Positions 50,883 to 60,045 of a stretch of 64,000 nucleotides of DNA are shown in pieces. The notes beneath the pieces were generated by a model. It saw nothing but the letters and a program-made list of their open reading frames with translations. It made no database searches and had not been told where the DNA came from. Location of the stretch: the NCBI GenBank assembly GCA_026129525.1, contig JAHCHW010000006.1, positions 64,705 to 128,704 on the forward strand, in the 5' to 3' direction. Within the stretch, counting starts at the first letter, position 1; each line of letters opens with the position of its first letter. Source of the DNA: Chitinophagales bacterium. GTDB lineage: Bacteria > Bacteroidota > Bacteroidia > Chitinophagales > LD1. The translations under genes and the position numbers were made by a program.

Positions 50883-52488
50883 AAACGCCTACGACTACAT
50901 CGTTATCGGTTCAGGCTTTGGAGGAAGTGTAAGCGCCATGCGCTTATCGGAAAAGGGTTATTCCGTATTGGTAATTGAAAAAGGCAAGCGCTGGCAAGCC
51001 AACGATTTTCCGAAATCGGATTGGCAGTTGAGTAAGTATTTGTGGATGCCGTTCATCAAATTTTTTGGCATTCAGAAACTCACATTTTTCAATCAGGTAT
51101 TTGTAATAAGCGGAGTGGGCGTAGGCGGAGGTTCGTTGGTATATGCCAATACCCACATGATGCCCAAAGAAAATTTTTATACCAACAAACTGTGGTCGCA
51201 TTTTAAGGATTGGAAGAGTGTACTCGCACCTTACTTTGAGCGTGCCAAGTTTATGCTGGGCACTACGCAGTATAAAAAAGATAATGCCGAGGATTTAGTA
51301 TTGAAAGAAGTGGCCGAGGAAATGGGCTATGGGCATACGTTTAAATCGGTGGACGGAGTTGGTGTTTATCTTGGACCAACCAATGTTGAAACCGACCCCT
51401 ACTTTAAAGGTTTAGGTCCGCAGCGCAAGGGCTGCACCGAATGCGCGGCTTGTATGATTGGCTGTAAACACAACGCCAAAAACACGCTCGATAAAAATTA
51501 CCTGTGGTTTGCCGAAAAAATGTTTGGTGCTAAAGTGGAAGCCGAAACTTTGGTAACAAAGATTGAGCATGTGAATGGTGAGTATGTTATTCATACACAA
51601 AAATCCACTTCATGGTTTACAAAAAACAAACGTGTTTTCAGAAGCAAAGGATTAGTAGTATGCGGAGGGGTGTTGGGTACAATGGATTTACTCCTTCGGC
51701 AAAAACATGTGCTTAAAACTTTGCCGAATCTTTCCGATAAACTGGGCGAAAACATTCTCACCAATTCCGAAATGCTGAGCGGTGTAGGTTTGGCAGACAG
51801 GAAATTGAATCACGGTATCGCTATCTCGCGTATTTTCTCGCCCGATGAAAACACCAACATTGAAGTATGTAAATTCCCCGATGGCAGCGGCTCCATGATG
51901 CGGCTGGGCGTTCCCGCAGTAGGCGATGGCTCGCCCATTGCGCGCACCGTAAAAATGATTGGGCAGTTTATTGTGCAGCCGCTGAACACTATCCGGTTTT
52001 TTACCACTTTCCGTCCGGCTACCAACGGCATTATTTTTCTGATAATGCAAACGCTTGAAAATGCCATGCGCCTTAAACTCCGCAAAGGAATTTTCGGATA
52101 TAGCATGACAATGGTAAACGACAGCAACCAACGCGTGCCAACCTATATTCCTATAGGACAGGAAGCACTGTATCGCTATGCCAAAAAAGTAAACGGCATT
52201 CCCATGAATGCTTTCAGCGAAGTAATGTTTAACCTCGCCTCAACGGCACACATACTTGGCGGCTGCCCTATGGGAAAAACAAAAGAAGAAGGTGTGGTGG
52301 ACGATTACTTCCGCGCGCACGGCTACCCTAACATGTACATTTTAGATGGCTCCATTATGCCTTGCAATCTGGGTGTTAACCCATCGCTCACCATTACCAC
52401 TTTTGCGGAGTATGCCATGGATAACATTCCTGCAAAACAAGGTGCTATTGTAAAAACATTGGACAAGCGAATGGCTGAAGTAGCTTAG
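50872..52488 (+). CDS. GMC-family FAD oxidoreductase (cholesterol-oxidase-like)
   Basis: YDYIVIGSGFGGSVSAMRLSEKGYSVLVIEKG dinucleotide fold and a C-terminal GMC_oxred_C-like HILGGCPMG. The start overlaps the upstream ORF by 11 nt. Confidence 0.85.
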   Translation: MTTKNAYDYIVIGSGFGGSVSAMRLSEKGYSVLVIEKGKRWQANDFPKSDWQLSKYLWMPFIKFFGIQKLTFFNQVFVISGVGVGGGSLVYANTHMMPKENFYTNKLWSHFKDWKSVLAPYFERAKFMLGTTQYKKDNAEDLVLKEVAEEMGYGHTFKSVDGVGVYLGPTNVETDPYFKGLGPQRKGCTECAACMIGCKHNAKNTLDKNYLWFAEKMFGAKVEAETLVTKIEHVNGEYVIHTQKSTSWFTKNKRVFRSKGLVVCGGVLGTMDLLLRQKHVLKTLPNLSDKLGENILTNSEMLSGVGLADRKLNHGIAISRIFSPDENTNIEVCKFPDGSGSMMRLGVPAVGDGSPIARTVKMIGQFIVQPLNTIRFFTTFRPATNGIIFLIMQTLENAMRLKLRKGIFGYSMTMVNDSNQRVPTYIPIGQEALYRYAKKVNGIPMNAFSEVMFNLASTAHILGGCPMGKTKEEGVVDDYFRAHGYPNMYILDGSIMPCNLGVNPSLTITTFAEYAMDNIPAKQGAIVKTLDKRMAEVA

Positions 52489-54110
52489 CCCGGCAGGCTG
52501 AAGTAGAAAGTAGTGCCTTTGCCTAACTCACTTTGCAACCATATTTTTCCGTCTAATCGGTCAACAATTCTTTTGCAAATGGAAAGTCCTAAACCGGTGC
52601 CGGGTATTTCGGCTTTGGTATGCAGCCGATGGAACGGTTCAAAAATCCGTTTTTGGTGATTTTCTGCAATGCCCTCTCCATTATCGCGCACGTAAATTAT
52701 TACACGGTCGCCTTCCTTCATGCACCCTAATTCAACAACCGGCTGCGTACTGTTGTTATACTTTATTCCATTCTCAATCAGGTTTTGGAGTACTAAAACC
52801 AGTAACCCTCTGTCAGAGTTTACCTGACAATCAGCATCGTATTTTACTGCTGCGTTTTTCTCGCGCAATATGAGTTCTGTATTTTTTATGGCTTCTCCGG
52901 CAACGGCAGCTAACGAAACTTTTTCGCATTTTATCTGGGTGCGGGTAACGCGCGAATAAGCCAGCAGGTCATGAATAAGTTGTTGTAAGGTAACTGCGCC
53001 TTTGTTGGCAAAATCAATGTATTCGTTGGCTTCGGCATCTAATTTATCGCCATATCGTTTTTTCAGCAATTGCATGTAATTCGAAATCATACGCAGCGGC
53101 TCTTTCATATCGTGCGATGAAACAAAAGTGAATGTTTCCAAATCGGCATAGCTGCGCTCTAATTCTTTGGTGCGATCTTCTAATTGTGTTTGATAGCCTT
53201 TGCTTCTGCGTATATCGCGCGATTGGGTAAGTACCCTTTCTTCGCCTGTAACTTCATCGCGTACGCTTTTGAATACTGTTTCTAACCAATGGTAATCGCC
53301 ATTTTTATCAATAACCCTGTATTGAACAGGATCATAAACAGAGGGATGTTCCGGCTCACTCAAATTCAGCGAGCGCAAAAGAATTTTATCCTCCGGATGA
53401 ACAAAATCGTAGAGTTTCTTTCCGATTACCTCTTCATCCTTGTACCCGAGTATTCGTTCAATGGCGGGGCTTACATAAATTACTTTGCTGTCAGTGTCGT
53501 GTATGCAAATAATATCGCGCGAATTTTCAGCCAGCAGGCGATACTTTTTTTCGTTTTCTTTCAGTTTGTCCTCCACCCCAAATCGGTACCGAATCAGCAC
53601 CAACTGCGCGAAAGCCGATATGGTATAGGTAGCGTAAAAATCGAACGTGCTTTGTGTGGTATGTTCTGAGAGCAGCGAGGTAAGCACCAATACTATATTG
53701 ATTACAAGCGTGTGCAAATAGTATTGCCATTCGTGCCTAAAAAACCATCCCGAAATAACATAGGTTACAATAAATTGATACGCATATTGCTCGTTAAATG
53801 ACGTGCCGTACAAAACATAAATGCTTCCCAAGTTGAGAATATAAATGTATGCGTATCCTACCTGTTGGTAATACCGGCTGTAATTTTTTGTGAAAAGCAG
53901 AATAACGAAAAGTAAAGCAGTAAAACTGTAAATTAAGTTCATCGCCCGATGGCTTACCGGTCCGAGCAATGGGTTATTGTTGCCGAAAAAGGCAAACAGT
54001 GCAAAGCCTGCAAACAGCATAAAAAACAAGATGCGGGCTGTTTTGAGTTCGTTAAACAGAAACTCGGTAACAAGGTTTTTAAACTGTTGGTACATGGTTG
54101 CCATTGGCAA
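52485..54110 (-). CDS. membrane-bound PAS sensor histidine kinase (orphan)
   Basis: About 5 N-terminal TM segments, a PAS segment (IICIHDTDSKVIYVSPAIERILGYKDEEVIGK), an H-box SHDMKEPLRMI, and HATPase N/G boxes (NLIENGIKY, GTGLGLSICKRIV). Confidence 0.85.
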   Translation of the reverse strand: MPMATMYQQFKNLVTEFLFNELKTARILFFMLFAGFALFAFFGNNNPLLGPVSHRAMNLIYSFTALLFVILLFTKNYSRYYQQVGYAYIYILNLGSIYVLYGTSFNEQYAYQFIVTYVISGWFFRHEWQYYLHTLVINIVLVLTSLLSEHTTQSTFDFYATYTISAFAQLVLIRYRFGVEDKLKENEKKYRLLAENSRDIICIHDTDSKVIYVSPAIERILGYKDEEVIGKKLYDFVHPEDKILLRSLNLSEPEHPSVYDPVQYRVIDKNGDYHWLETVFKSVRDEVTGEERVLTQSRDIRRSKGYQTQLEDRTKELERSYADLETFTFVSSHDMKEPLRMISNYMQLLKKRYGDKLDAEANEYIDFANKGAVTLQQLIHDLLAYSRVTRTQIKCEKVSLAAVAGEAIKNTELILREKNAAVKYDADCQVNSDRGLLVLVLQNLIENGIKYNNSTQPVVELGCMKEGDRVIIYVRDNGEGIAENHQKRIFEPFHRLHTKAEIPGTGLGLSICKRIVDRLDGKIWLQSELGKGTTFYFSLPG

Positions 54111-54158
54111 AGTCAGGCTGCGGCACTAAGGTAATATTATGTTGAATTTGAAGGAAGG

Positions 54159-54476
54159 CTAATACTTGGGCATTTCCGGGTCAATTTCATCTGCCCATGC
54201 CAAAATACCTCCCGTAAGGTTGTACACATTGTCAAACTTATAGTTCTGCTCCAAATAAGCACACACGTTACCGCTGCGGTTACCGCTGCGGCAGTATATT
54301 ACCACCGGCTTGGTGCGCGAAATTTTTTCGATGCTTTCCGGAATGGAGTTCATGGGAATTTTCTCACCTCCAATGTCTGCCACTTCGCTTTCAAACGGCT
54401 CACGCACATCTATCAATTGAAAATCTTGCTTGCTGTCCAACATTTGTTTTAACTCTTCTACGGTTTTTGTTTTCAT
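54159..54476 (-). CDS. rhodanese-like domain protein
   Basis: 105 aa with the active-site loop YCRSGNRSG. Confidence 0.85.
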   Translation of the reverse strand: MKTKTVEELKQMLDSKQDFQLIDVREPFESEVADIGGEKIPMNSIPESIEKISRTKPVVIYCRSGNRSGNVCAYLEQNYKFDNVYNLTGGILAWADEIDPEMPKY

Positions 54477-54595
54477 GTTAGTTGATTGGATGGTCTAAAA
54501 TAGAAATGTTGGGAAAAGCAAGTTAATGATTGAAAGTGGCCGGGCTATTTTGGATTTTCTGAACGTTATGCCCTTTGGAATCTGCAATGCACAAT

Positions 54596-54802
54596 TTATA
54601 GGCTATATGGTTTTTTATTAGGCTTAAAAATGTACTGACGGTTGCGCTCTTCTGCGGTTTGCATGGTGTACATAAATTCAGCAACTTCTTCAATCCAAAT
54701 TAAAACTTCCTCAGCCGAAAGCGAAGCGTGTTTTTGTATTTGCTCCATACTTACGGTATAGGTAAATCCCACACCTTCATTTTCCTTTTTGGGAGTTATC
54801 AT
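54596..54802 (-). CDS. hypothetical 68-aa protein, partner of the upstream nucleotidyltransferase
   Basis: The ORF overlaps the NTase stop by 4 nt (ATGA). No recognisable motif. AT-rich relative to its neighbours. Confidence 0.55.
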   Translation of the reverse strand: MITPKKENEGVGFTYTVSMEQIQKHASLSAEEVLIWIEEVAEFMYTMQTAEERNRQYIFKPNKKPYSL

Positions 54803-55290
54803 TTGCGATAAAACTTTTTGAGGTTGGCAATGTCGGCTTTGTCCTGTTCGCGGTTGGCATATTGTTTCAGTAAAATCAAATCATCTAATCCGAGTATGTA
54901 AACAGGTATATCCTTTATGTGTTTAACCTCCTTTCGGCTCCAACACTCAGAAAATTCTACAGGTACATCAATTAACACATCCAATGATAGTGAACGGAAA
55001 GTTTCGCTGGTGTAACTATAGGCAATCAGATTTTTTTCCTTAATGTATTGGCTGCGTATGTTACCGGTAAGCAATGTTTTAATGGCAAAAAACAGAGTGC
55101 TTTTGTAGCCGTGCTCTGCAATTGCTTCCTCAAACTTCGCCAAATTACCTTCACTCCATTCCAATAACACATCTATATCGGCAGTCATTCGAGGAATACC
55201 GTATAGATTAACGGCAACCCCTCCGCATAAAAGATACTTAACTTGATGCTTATGAAGCGATTTAAAAATTTCTTTAAGATGCGAAATCAT
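54799..55290 (-). CDS. minimal nucleotidyltransferase-fold protein (AbiEii/DUF6036-like)
   Basis: YLLCGGVAVNLYGIPRMTADIDVLL is the GG...R.T.D.D pol-beta NTase signature. 163 aa. Confidence 0.7.
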   Translation of the reverse strand: MISHLKEIFKSLHKHQVKYLLCGGVAVNLYGIPRMTADIDVLLEWSEGNLAKFEEAIAEHGYKSTLFFAIKTLLTGNIRSQYIKEKNLIAYSYTSETFRSLSLDVLIDVPVEFSECWSRKEVKHIKDIPVYILGLDDLILLKQYANREQDKADIANLKKFYRK

Positions 55291-55292
55291 GC

Positions 55293-55315
55293 TTACGCGT
55301 AAATATAGCGCTATA
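55293..55315. promoter_or_regulatory. two adjacent perfect palindromes upstream of the NTase cassette (candidate operator)
   Basis: TTACGCGTAA (55293-55302) and TATAGCGCTATA (55304-55315) lie between the ligA stop (55330) and the NTase ATG (55290). The minus strand reads TTGACA-N6-TATAGCGCTATATTTACGCGTAAGC-ATG. Confidence 0.55.
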
Positions 55316-55329
55316 ATGGGTTGTCAAAA

Positions 55330-57429
55330 TCATTCTATCATTTTTAAAAACTCGTCCTCATTTAGTACAACAATCGAAGGAATTTTCTGCGCTTTCGCAA
55401 GTTTACTTCCGGCATCTTCGCCTACTACCAAATAGTTGAGGTTAGCAGAAACACCGCTCAGTAGTTTGCCTCCGTTTTCTTCTACCAATTGCTTGGCGCG
55501 GTCGCGGGTAAATTTTTGCAGCGAGCCGGTAAAAAGAAAAGTTTTGCCTTGCAGTTTATTGTTTTTACTGAGTGCATCTTCGGGGCGATTTTCGGTGTTT
55601 ACCCCAAGCCGTTTCAGTTCGTGCAGCAAATGAATATTGCCTTCGTTGCTGAAAAAATCGAAAATGCTTTGCGCCACCTTAGGTCCTATGCCTTCAATGT
55701 TCGTTAAGTCTTCCACGCTCATTTTCTGCAAATCGAAAATGCTGCGGATGTGGCTCGAAATATCTTTAGACGTAGTAACGCCCACATGGCGAATGCCAAG
55801 CGCATTCAGTAATCGCCACAATGGACGATTTTTTGAATCTTCAATGCCGGCTTTCAGGTTGTTTACCGATTTTTCTTTCCAACCTTCCAGTCCTAAAATT
55901 TCTGTGTAAGGCAGGCGGTAAAGGTCTTCAATGGTTTTAATAAATCCGCGCTGAATAAACTCAACCACGGTTTCGCGCCCGCAGCCGTCAATGTTCATGG
56001 CATCTTTGCTTACAAAGTGAATAGCGCGCTCTTCGGTTTGTGCGGGGCAGTCGGCATTATCGCAGCGCCAAACGGCTTCTTCTTCGGGCTTCACCAATGG
56101 CGAACCGCACGAAGGGCAATGACGCGGAAAATGAATTTTGTGCTCGTGTCCGGTTCGCAAATCGGGCACTACACCCACTATGTACGGAATTACTTCGCCT
56201 GCTCTTTCTACAATAACCGTATCGCCAATATGAATGTCTTTCTCCAAAATAAAATCTTCATTGTGCAGCGAAATAGAAGAGATGGTAACACCGGCTAAAG
56301 GCACCGGTTCAATTTTTGCCACAGGAGTAACTGCCCCTGTTCTCCCCACCTGAAATTCTACTTTCAACAATTTGCTGTGCGCCTGTTTAGCTGCAAACTT
56401 ATAGGCAATAGCCCAGCGGGGATGATGCGTAGTGCTGCCGCATTGTTGCTGTTGCTTCAGCGAATTTACTTTCACCACCATGCCATCGGTATCAATATTA
56501 AATGTGTGGCGCTTTTTGTCCCATAGTTGAATGAACTCGTGTACTTCTTCCATATTGCGGCACACTTTCATTTCGTGGAGCGGAGTTTTAAATCCGCAGT
56601 CGTATAAAATTTCGATGCAGTGATAATGCGATTCAAGTTTACCCGCTAAAAGATTATTTCCGCTGGCATCTTCCGCAAAGCTGATATGGTACAGAATGGC
56701 TTCCAGATTGCGTGCGCGCGATTCGTTGGGGTCTTTGGTGCGAAGCGAACCCGAAGCGGTGTTGCGTGCGTTCTGAAAAATTTTTTCGCCTTTGGCTTTG
56801 CGCTCCTCGTTCATTTTTTCGAAGATGTGCTTTTGAATAATCACTTCTCCGCGTATTTCAATTTTGGCAATACCATATTTTGAAAAAGGTGCCCGCAACG
56901 GAATAGATGAAAGCGCTTTGGCATTGTTGGTAATGTCGTCTCCTTCGGTGCCATCGCCACGGGTAGCTGCGCGAATAAGTAAATCGTTTTCGTAAACAAG
57001 CGCAATGCTGCTGCCGTCAAACTTCGGCTCTACGCAGTATTCCGGTTCAGGGTTGCCGGTCAGTTCTTTAATTTTTCGGTCAAAATCGTTCAGGTCGGCT
57101 TCGTTGTACGAGTTTTCGAGCGAGAGCATCGAAACCAGATGCTGAACGGTTTCAAACTCGCTGGTTAACCCGCGGGCTACGCGTTGGGTGGGCGAGTCGG
57201 GTGTTTGTAACTCGGGGTTCGAAAGCTCAAGTTGTTTGAGTTCCGCGAACAGTTTGTCGTAATCGTAATCGGTAATAACAGGTTCGCTTAAAACATAGTA
57301 GCGCCAGTCGTGGTAGTTAATTACGTTGCGAAGCGCTTTAGCTTTTTCTGCTTCCGAAAGCGTAACTGCTTCTTTAACGAGTTGTAGGGTAAGTGTATTG
57401 AGTTGTTGCTGCTGCTCCTTTGAATACAT
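55330..57429 (-). CDS. ligA: NAD-dependent DNA ligase
   Basis: Adenylation motif CVEPKFDGS, Zn-finger cysteines CPSCGSPL...CDNADCPAQ, HhH and BRCT C-terminus. Start set at the ATG at 57429 (MYSKEQ). Confidence 0.95.
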   Translation of the reverse strand: MYSKEQQQQLNTLTLQLVKEAVTLSEAEKAKALRNVINYHDWRYYVLSEPVITDYDYDKLFAELKQLELSNPELQTPDSPTQRVARGLTSEFETVQHLVSMLSLENSYNEADLNDFDRKIKELTGNPEPEYCVEPKFDGSSIALVYENDLLIRAATRGDGTEGDDITNNAKALSSIPLRAPFSKYGIAKIEIRGEVIIQKHIFEKMNEERKAKGEKIFQNARNTASGSLRTKDPNESRARNLEAILYHISFAEDASGNNLLAGKLESHYHCIEILYDCGFKTPLHEMKVCRNMEEVHEFIQLWDKKRHTFNIDTDGMVVKVNSLKQQQQCGSTTHHPRWAIAYKFAAKQAHSKLLKVEFQVGRTGAVTPVAKIEPVPLAGVTISSISLHNEDFILEKDIHIGDTVIVERAGEVIPYIVGVVPDLRTGHEHKIHFPRHCPSCGSPLVKPEEEAVWRCDNADCPAQTEERAIHFVSKDAMNIDGCGRETVVEFIQRGFIKTIEDLYRLPYTEILGLEGWKEKSVNNLKAGIEDSKNRPLWRLLNALGIRHVGVTTSKDISSHIRSIFDLQKMSVEDLTNIEGIGPKVAQSIFDFFSNEGNIHLLHELKRLGVNTENRPEDALSKNNKLQGKTFLFTGSLQKFTRDRAKQLVEENGGKLLSGVSANLNYLVVGEDAGSKLAKAQKIPSIVVLNEDEFLKMIE

Positions 57430-57463
57430 AAACACAAGTTTACACAAAGGCGCGAAGAAAAAA

Positions 57464-57697
57464 CTACACCAACAGTTTATCTATTTCAGCCGCCAGCTTT
57501 CTGTCCTTATCAGTAACCATGTTACCTGCACTATGCGTGTTAAGGGTTATCTCTACACGGTTCCAAACGTTTACCCAGTAAGGATGGTGGTCGTGCTTTT
57601 CGGCAAGCATTGCCACACGGGTCATAAAAGCAAAGGCTTCGGAAAAATTTTTAAAAGTAAAGATGCGTTTGAGGGAGTTGTTTTCTTCTGTCCACAT
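57464..57697 (-). CDS. phhB: 4a-hydroxytetrahydrobiopterin (pterin-4-alpha-carbinolamine) dehydratase
   Basis: 77 aa with the EKHDHHPYW motif. Confidence 0.85.
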   Translation of the reverse strand: MWTEENNSLKRIFTFKNFSEAFAFMTRVAMLAEKHDHHPYWVNVWNRVEITLNTHSAGNMVTDKDRKLAAEIDKLLV

Positions 57698-57700
57698 AAC

Positions 57701-58048
57701 CTATGGTTTATGAGTTTCAAGCACTTTGTCTACTTCTTCAAGTAATTGGGGCAGGTAAAGTATTGTGATGCTGTAAACCGTTTCATCATCCAGTTTATCG
57801 TACTCGTGTGCCAAACGGTTGCGAAAACCAATAATTTTTCGCGCATTGGAAACCGGAAAGTCAGGTTGTTTTTCTAAAATGCGGTTTAGTGCTTCGGCAG
57901 CAATTTCAAGGTTGCACTCTATGGCTTTACGCAACATAGTATTCCGCTTAAACTCTTCAAACGATTTTTCGGTAGCAACATAGAATTCTTCTATTTGCAC
58001 TATCTGTTTCTTAATGTCATGCAGCCAAACGAGGATGTCTTCGCTCAT
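57701..58048 (-). CDS. hepT: HepT-like (DUF86) RNase toxin, type VII TA
   Basis: Rx4HxY motif in FRNRLAHEYD. 115 aa. Confidence 0.85.
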   Translation of the reverse strand: MSEDILVWLHDIKKQIVQIEEFYVATEKSFEEFKRNTMLRKAIECNLEIAAEALNRILEKQPDFPVSNARKIIGFRNRLAHEYDKLDDETVYSITILYLPQLLEEVDKVLETHKP

Positions 58049-58340
58049 ACACTTTTATTCGGTTGCGGTTTATGGACTTAATAAGATAGGGGTTGGTGAT
58101 GGCTTTTTCAGAAATCAAATCCACTTTCCGTCCCAACAACTTTTCCAACGCTTCAAAAAGGTCGAAGTAGTTATCGGCATAGGTCAGCAAATCTACTTCG
58201 CCAAAGTTGACAAGGAGGTCAACATCGCTGGTTTCGGTTTCTTCTCCTTTGGCAAACGAACCAAACAGAAAAAGCGAATCAACTTTGTGTTTTTCGCACA
58301 AGGCTTCAATTTCCTTACGATGTTTTTCAATAATGTTCAT
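58017..58340 (-). CDS. mntA: MNT-family nucleotidyltransferase antitoxin, type VII TA
   Basis: LFGSFAKGEETETSDVDLLV (the GSxxxG...SDxD motif). 107 aa. Overlaps hepT by 32 nt. Confidence 0.85.
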   Translation of the reverse strand: MNIIEKHRKEIEALCEKHKVDSLFLFGSFAKGEETETSDVDLLVNFGEVDLLTYADNYFDLFEALEKLLGRKVDLISEKAITNPYLIKSINRNRIKVYERRHPRLAA

Positions 58341-58349
58341 GTGCTAAAA

Positions 58350-58376
58350 ATAAAAAATCCCCGTGTGGGGATTTTC
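58350..58376 (-). terminator. intrinsic terminator of the M42 peptidase gene
   Basis: ATCCCC-GTGT-GGGGAT stem (58357-58372), followed on the minus strand by TTTTTTATTTTT. The T run ends about 10 nt before the mntA ATG. Confidence 0.8.
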
Positions 58377-58381
58377 ATTCG

Positions 58382-59437
58382 TTACCTAAAACTCCAGTCG
58401 TACGTATCCAAATGGCTTACACTCAGTTTCAGCAAGTCAATATTGCCGCGTATGTCGGCTTTGTGCGCCATTTCAATTACCGAGTGAATGTGGCGGGTGG
58501 GAATAGACACCGCCCCTGCTATAGTGCCGTAAGTAGCCATGCGCTGCATACCGGCAGTGTCGGTTCCTCCGGCAGGAAGCAGTTCGTTTTGCCACTTTAT
58601 TTTGTGTTTGTTGGCGAGGTCTTTCATATAGCGCACCATGCGGTAATCGCAAATGGCTGATGAGTCCATTACCTTAATACCCACGCCTTCGCCTAATCTG
58701 GTTACGCTTTCTTCGGGCTTAGAACCGGGCGTATCGTAGGCAATGGTGGTATCAATACAAAAACTAAAGTGCGGGTCAATGTGGTGAGCCGCCACCTGCG
58801 CCCCGCGAATGCCTACTTCTTCCTGCACGGTAAACACTCCGTAAAAATCGTAAGGTATTTTTTTGCCTTTCAGTTCTTTCAGGGTTTCTATAAGAATGAA
58901 TACCGCCACGCGGTTGTCAATGCTTTTGCAGTTTACACATTCGCCCATTTCAATCAATTCGCGCTCGCGGGTAATTACGTTGCCTACTTCAATCAACTTA
59001 ATTACTTCCTTTTTACTCATGCCCAGGTCAATAAAGTAATCGCTCAGTTGCAGGTTTTTGCCCCGCTCTTCGGCTGTCATTAAATGAATGGGTTTGGTGC
59101 CCATTACGCCTATCACATCTTTCTTGCCGTGCACTACAACGCGTTGTGCGGTAAGCGTTTTAGGGTCAAAGCCGCCAAGCGGATGAAAGCGCAGAAATCC
59201 GTTATCATCAATATGACTTACAATAAACCCGATTTCGTCCATGTGAGCGGCAGCCATTACTTTTTTGTCGCTGCTCTTGCCCTTTTTAAGGGCTATGAGG
59301 TTGCCCATATTGTCCACCGAAATGTCGTCCACTACACCCTTCAGTTCTTTGGTAATAAGTTCACGCACTTTTTGCTCGTGCCCGGGCACTCCGGGGGTTT
59401 CGCAAATTTGTTTCAGCAGAGGCACATTTACAGTCAT
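58382..59437 (-). CDS. M42-family metallopeptidase (glutamyl aminopeptidase/FrvX-like)
   Basis: ETPGVPGHEQKVRE N-terminus, AAHMDEIGF, and FTVQEEVGIRGA. Confidence 0.85.
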   Translation of the reverse strand: MTVNVPLLKQICETPGVPGHEQKVRELITKELKGVVDDISVDNMGNLIALKKGKSSDKKVMAAAHMDEIGFIVSHIDDNGFLRFHPLGGFDPKTLTAQRVVVHGKKDVIGVMGTKPIHLMTAEERGKNLQLSDYFIDLGMSKKEVIKLIEVGNVITRERELIEMGECVNCKSIDNRVAVFILIETLKELKGKKIPYDFYGVFTVQEEVGIRGAQVAAHHIDPHFSFCIDTTIAYDTPGSKPEESVTRLGEGVGIKVMDSSAICDYRMVRYMKDLANKHKIKWQNELLPAGGTDTAGMQRMATYGTIAGAVSIPTRHIHSVIEMAHKADIRGNIDLLKLSVSHLDTYDWSFR

Positions 59438-59557
59438 ATTAATAAAGGTTTGTTTAAAGAAGGGGCAAACTTAGAATTTTTCGGGGGAGTGGGGTTTTGG
59501 CTTAAAATTGAGTTTAAAAGTGAAAGCAAATCAACCTAAAACTTTTCTTTGGCTCGT

Positions 59558-59587
59558 TTTGAAATTCAGATAATAAGACTACTTTTG
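59558..59587 (+). promoter_or_regulatory. candidate Bacteroidota sigma-A promoter of the rpsL operon
   Basis: TTTG at 59558-59561 and TACTTTTG at 59580-59587 (matching TAnnTTTG), with an 18-nt spacer, 22 nt upstream of the rpsL ATG. Confidence 0.5.
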
Positions 59588-59608
59588 CCGTCCCAAAATA
59601 AAAGTGGA

Positions 59609-60016
59609 ATGCCTACTATTCAACAGTTAGTTCGTAAGTCGCGCAACATAATCCGCGCAAAATCAAAGAGTCGTGCGCTGGATTCATGCCCTCAAAAGCG
59701 TGGCGTATGCACCCGTGTTTACACAACTACTCCCAAGAAGCCCAACTCGGCTTTGCGTAAAGTTGCCAAGGTGCGTTTAACCAATCAGGTAGAAGTTATC
59801 GCTTACATTCCGGGCGAAGGACACAACCTGCAGGAACACTCTATTGTACTGATTCGCGGTGGTCGTGTTAAAGATCTTCCCGGAGTTCGTTACCATATTG
59901 TTCGTGGCTCGTTAGATACAGCCGGTGTAGAAAATCGCAAAAAGAGCCGCTCGAAATACGGCACCAAGCGTCCGAAAGCTGGCGCTGCTGCTGCACCCGC
60001 AAAAGGAAAAAAATAA
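59609..60016 (+). CDS. rpsL: 30S ribosomal protein S12
   Basis: [10 protein letters not shown]...[12 protein letters not shown]. Start at the ATG at 59609. Confidence 0.97.
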   Translation: MPTIQQLVRKSRNIIRAKSKSRALDSCPQKRGVCTRVYTTTPKKPNSALRKVAKVRLTNQVEVIAYIPGEGHNLQEHSIVLIRGGRVKDLPGVRYHIVRGSLDTAGVENRKKSRSKYGTKRPKAGAAAAPAKGKK

Positions 60017-60045
60017 TTAGCAAGCAAAGTTCATTCTAACATAAC

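Noticed and set aside
52485-52488. Convergent GMC oxidoreductase and histidine kinase genes share overlapping stop codons (TTAG). Similar zero-gap convergent junctions occur at 21365/21366 and 10538/10542.
   Set aside because: This reflects the generally compact genome organisation rather than a specific functional feature.
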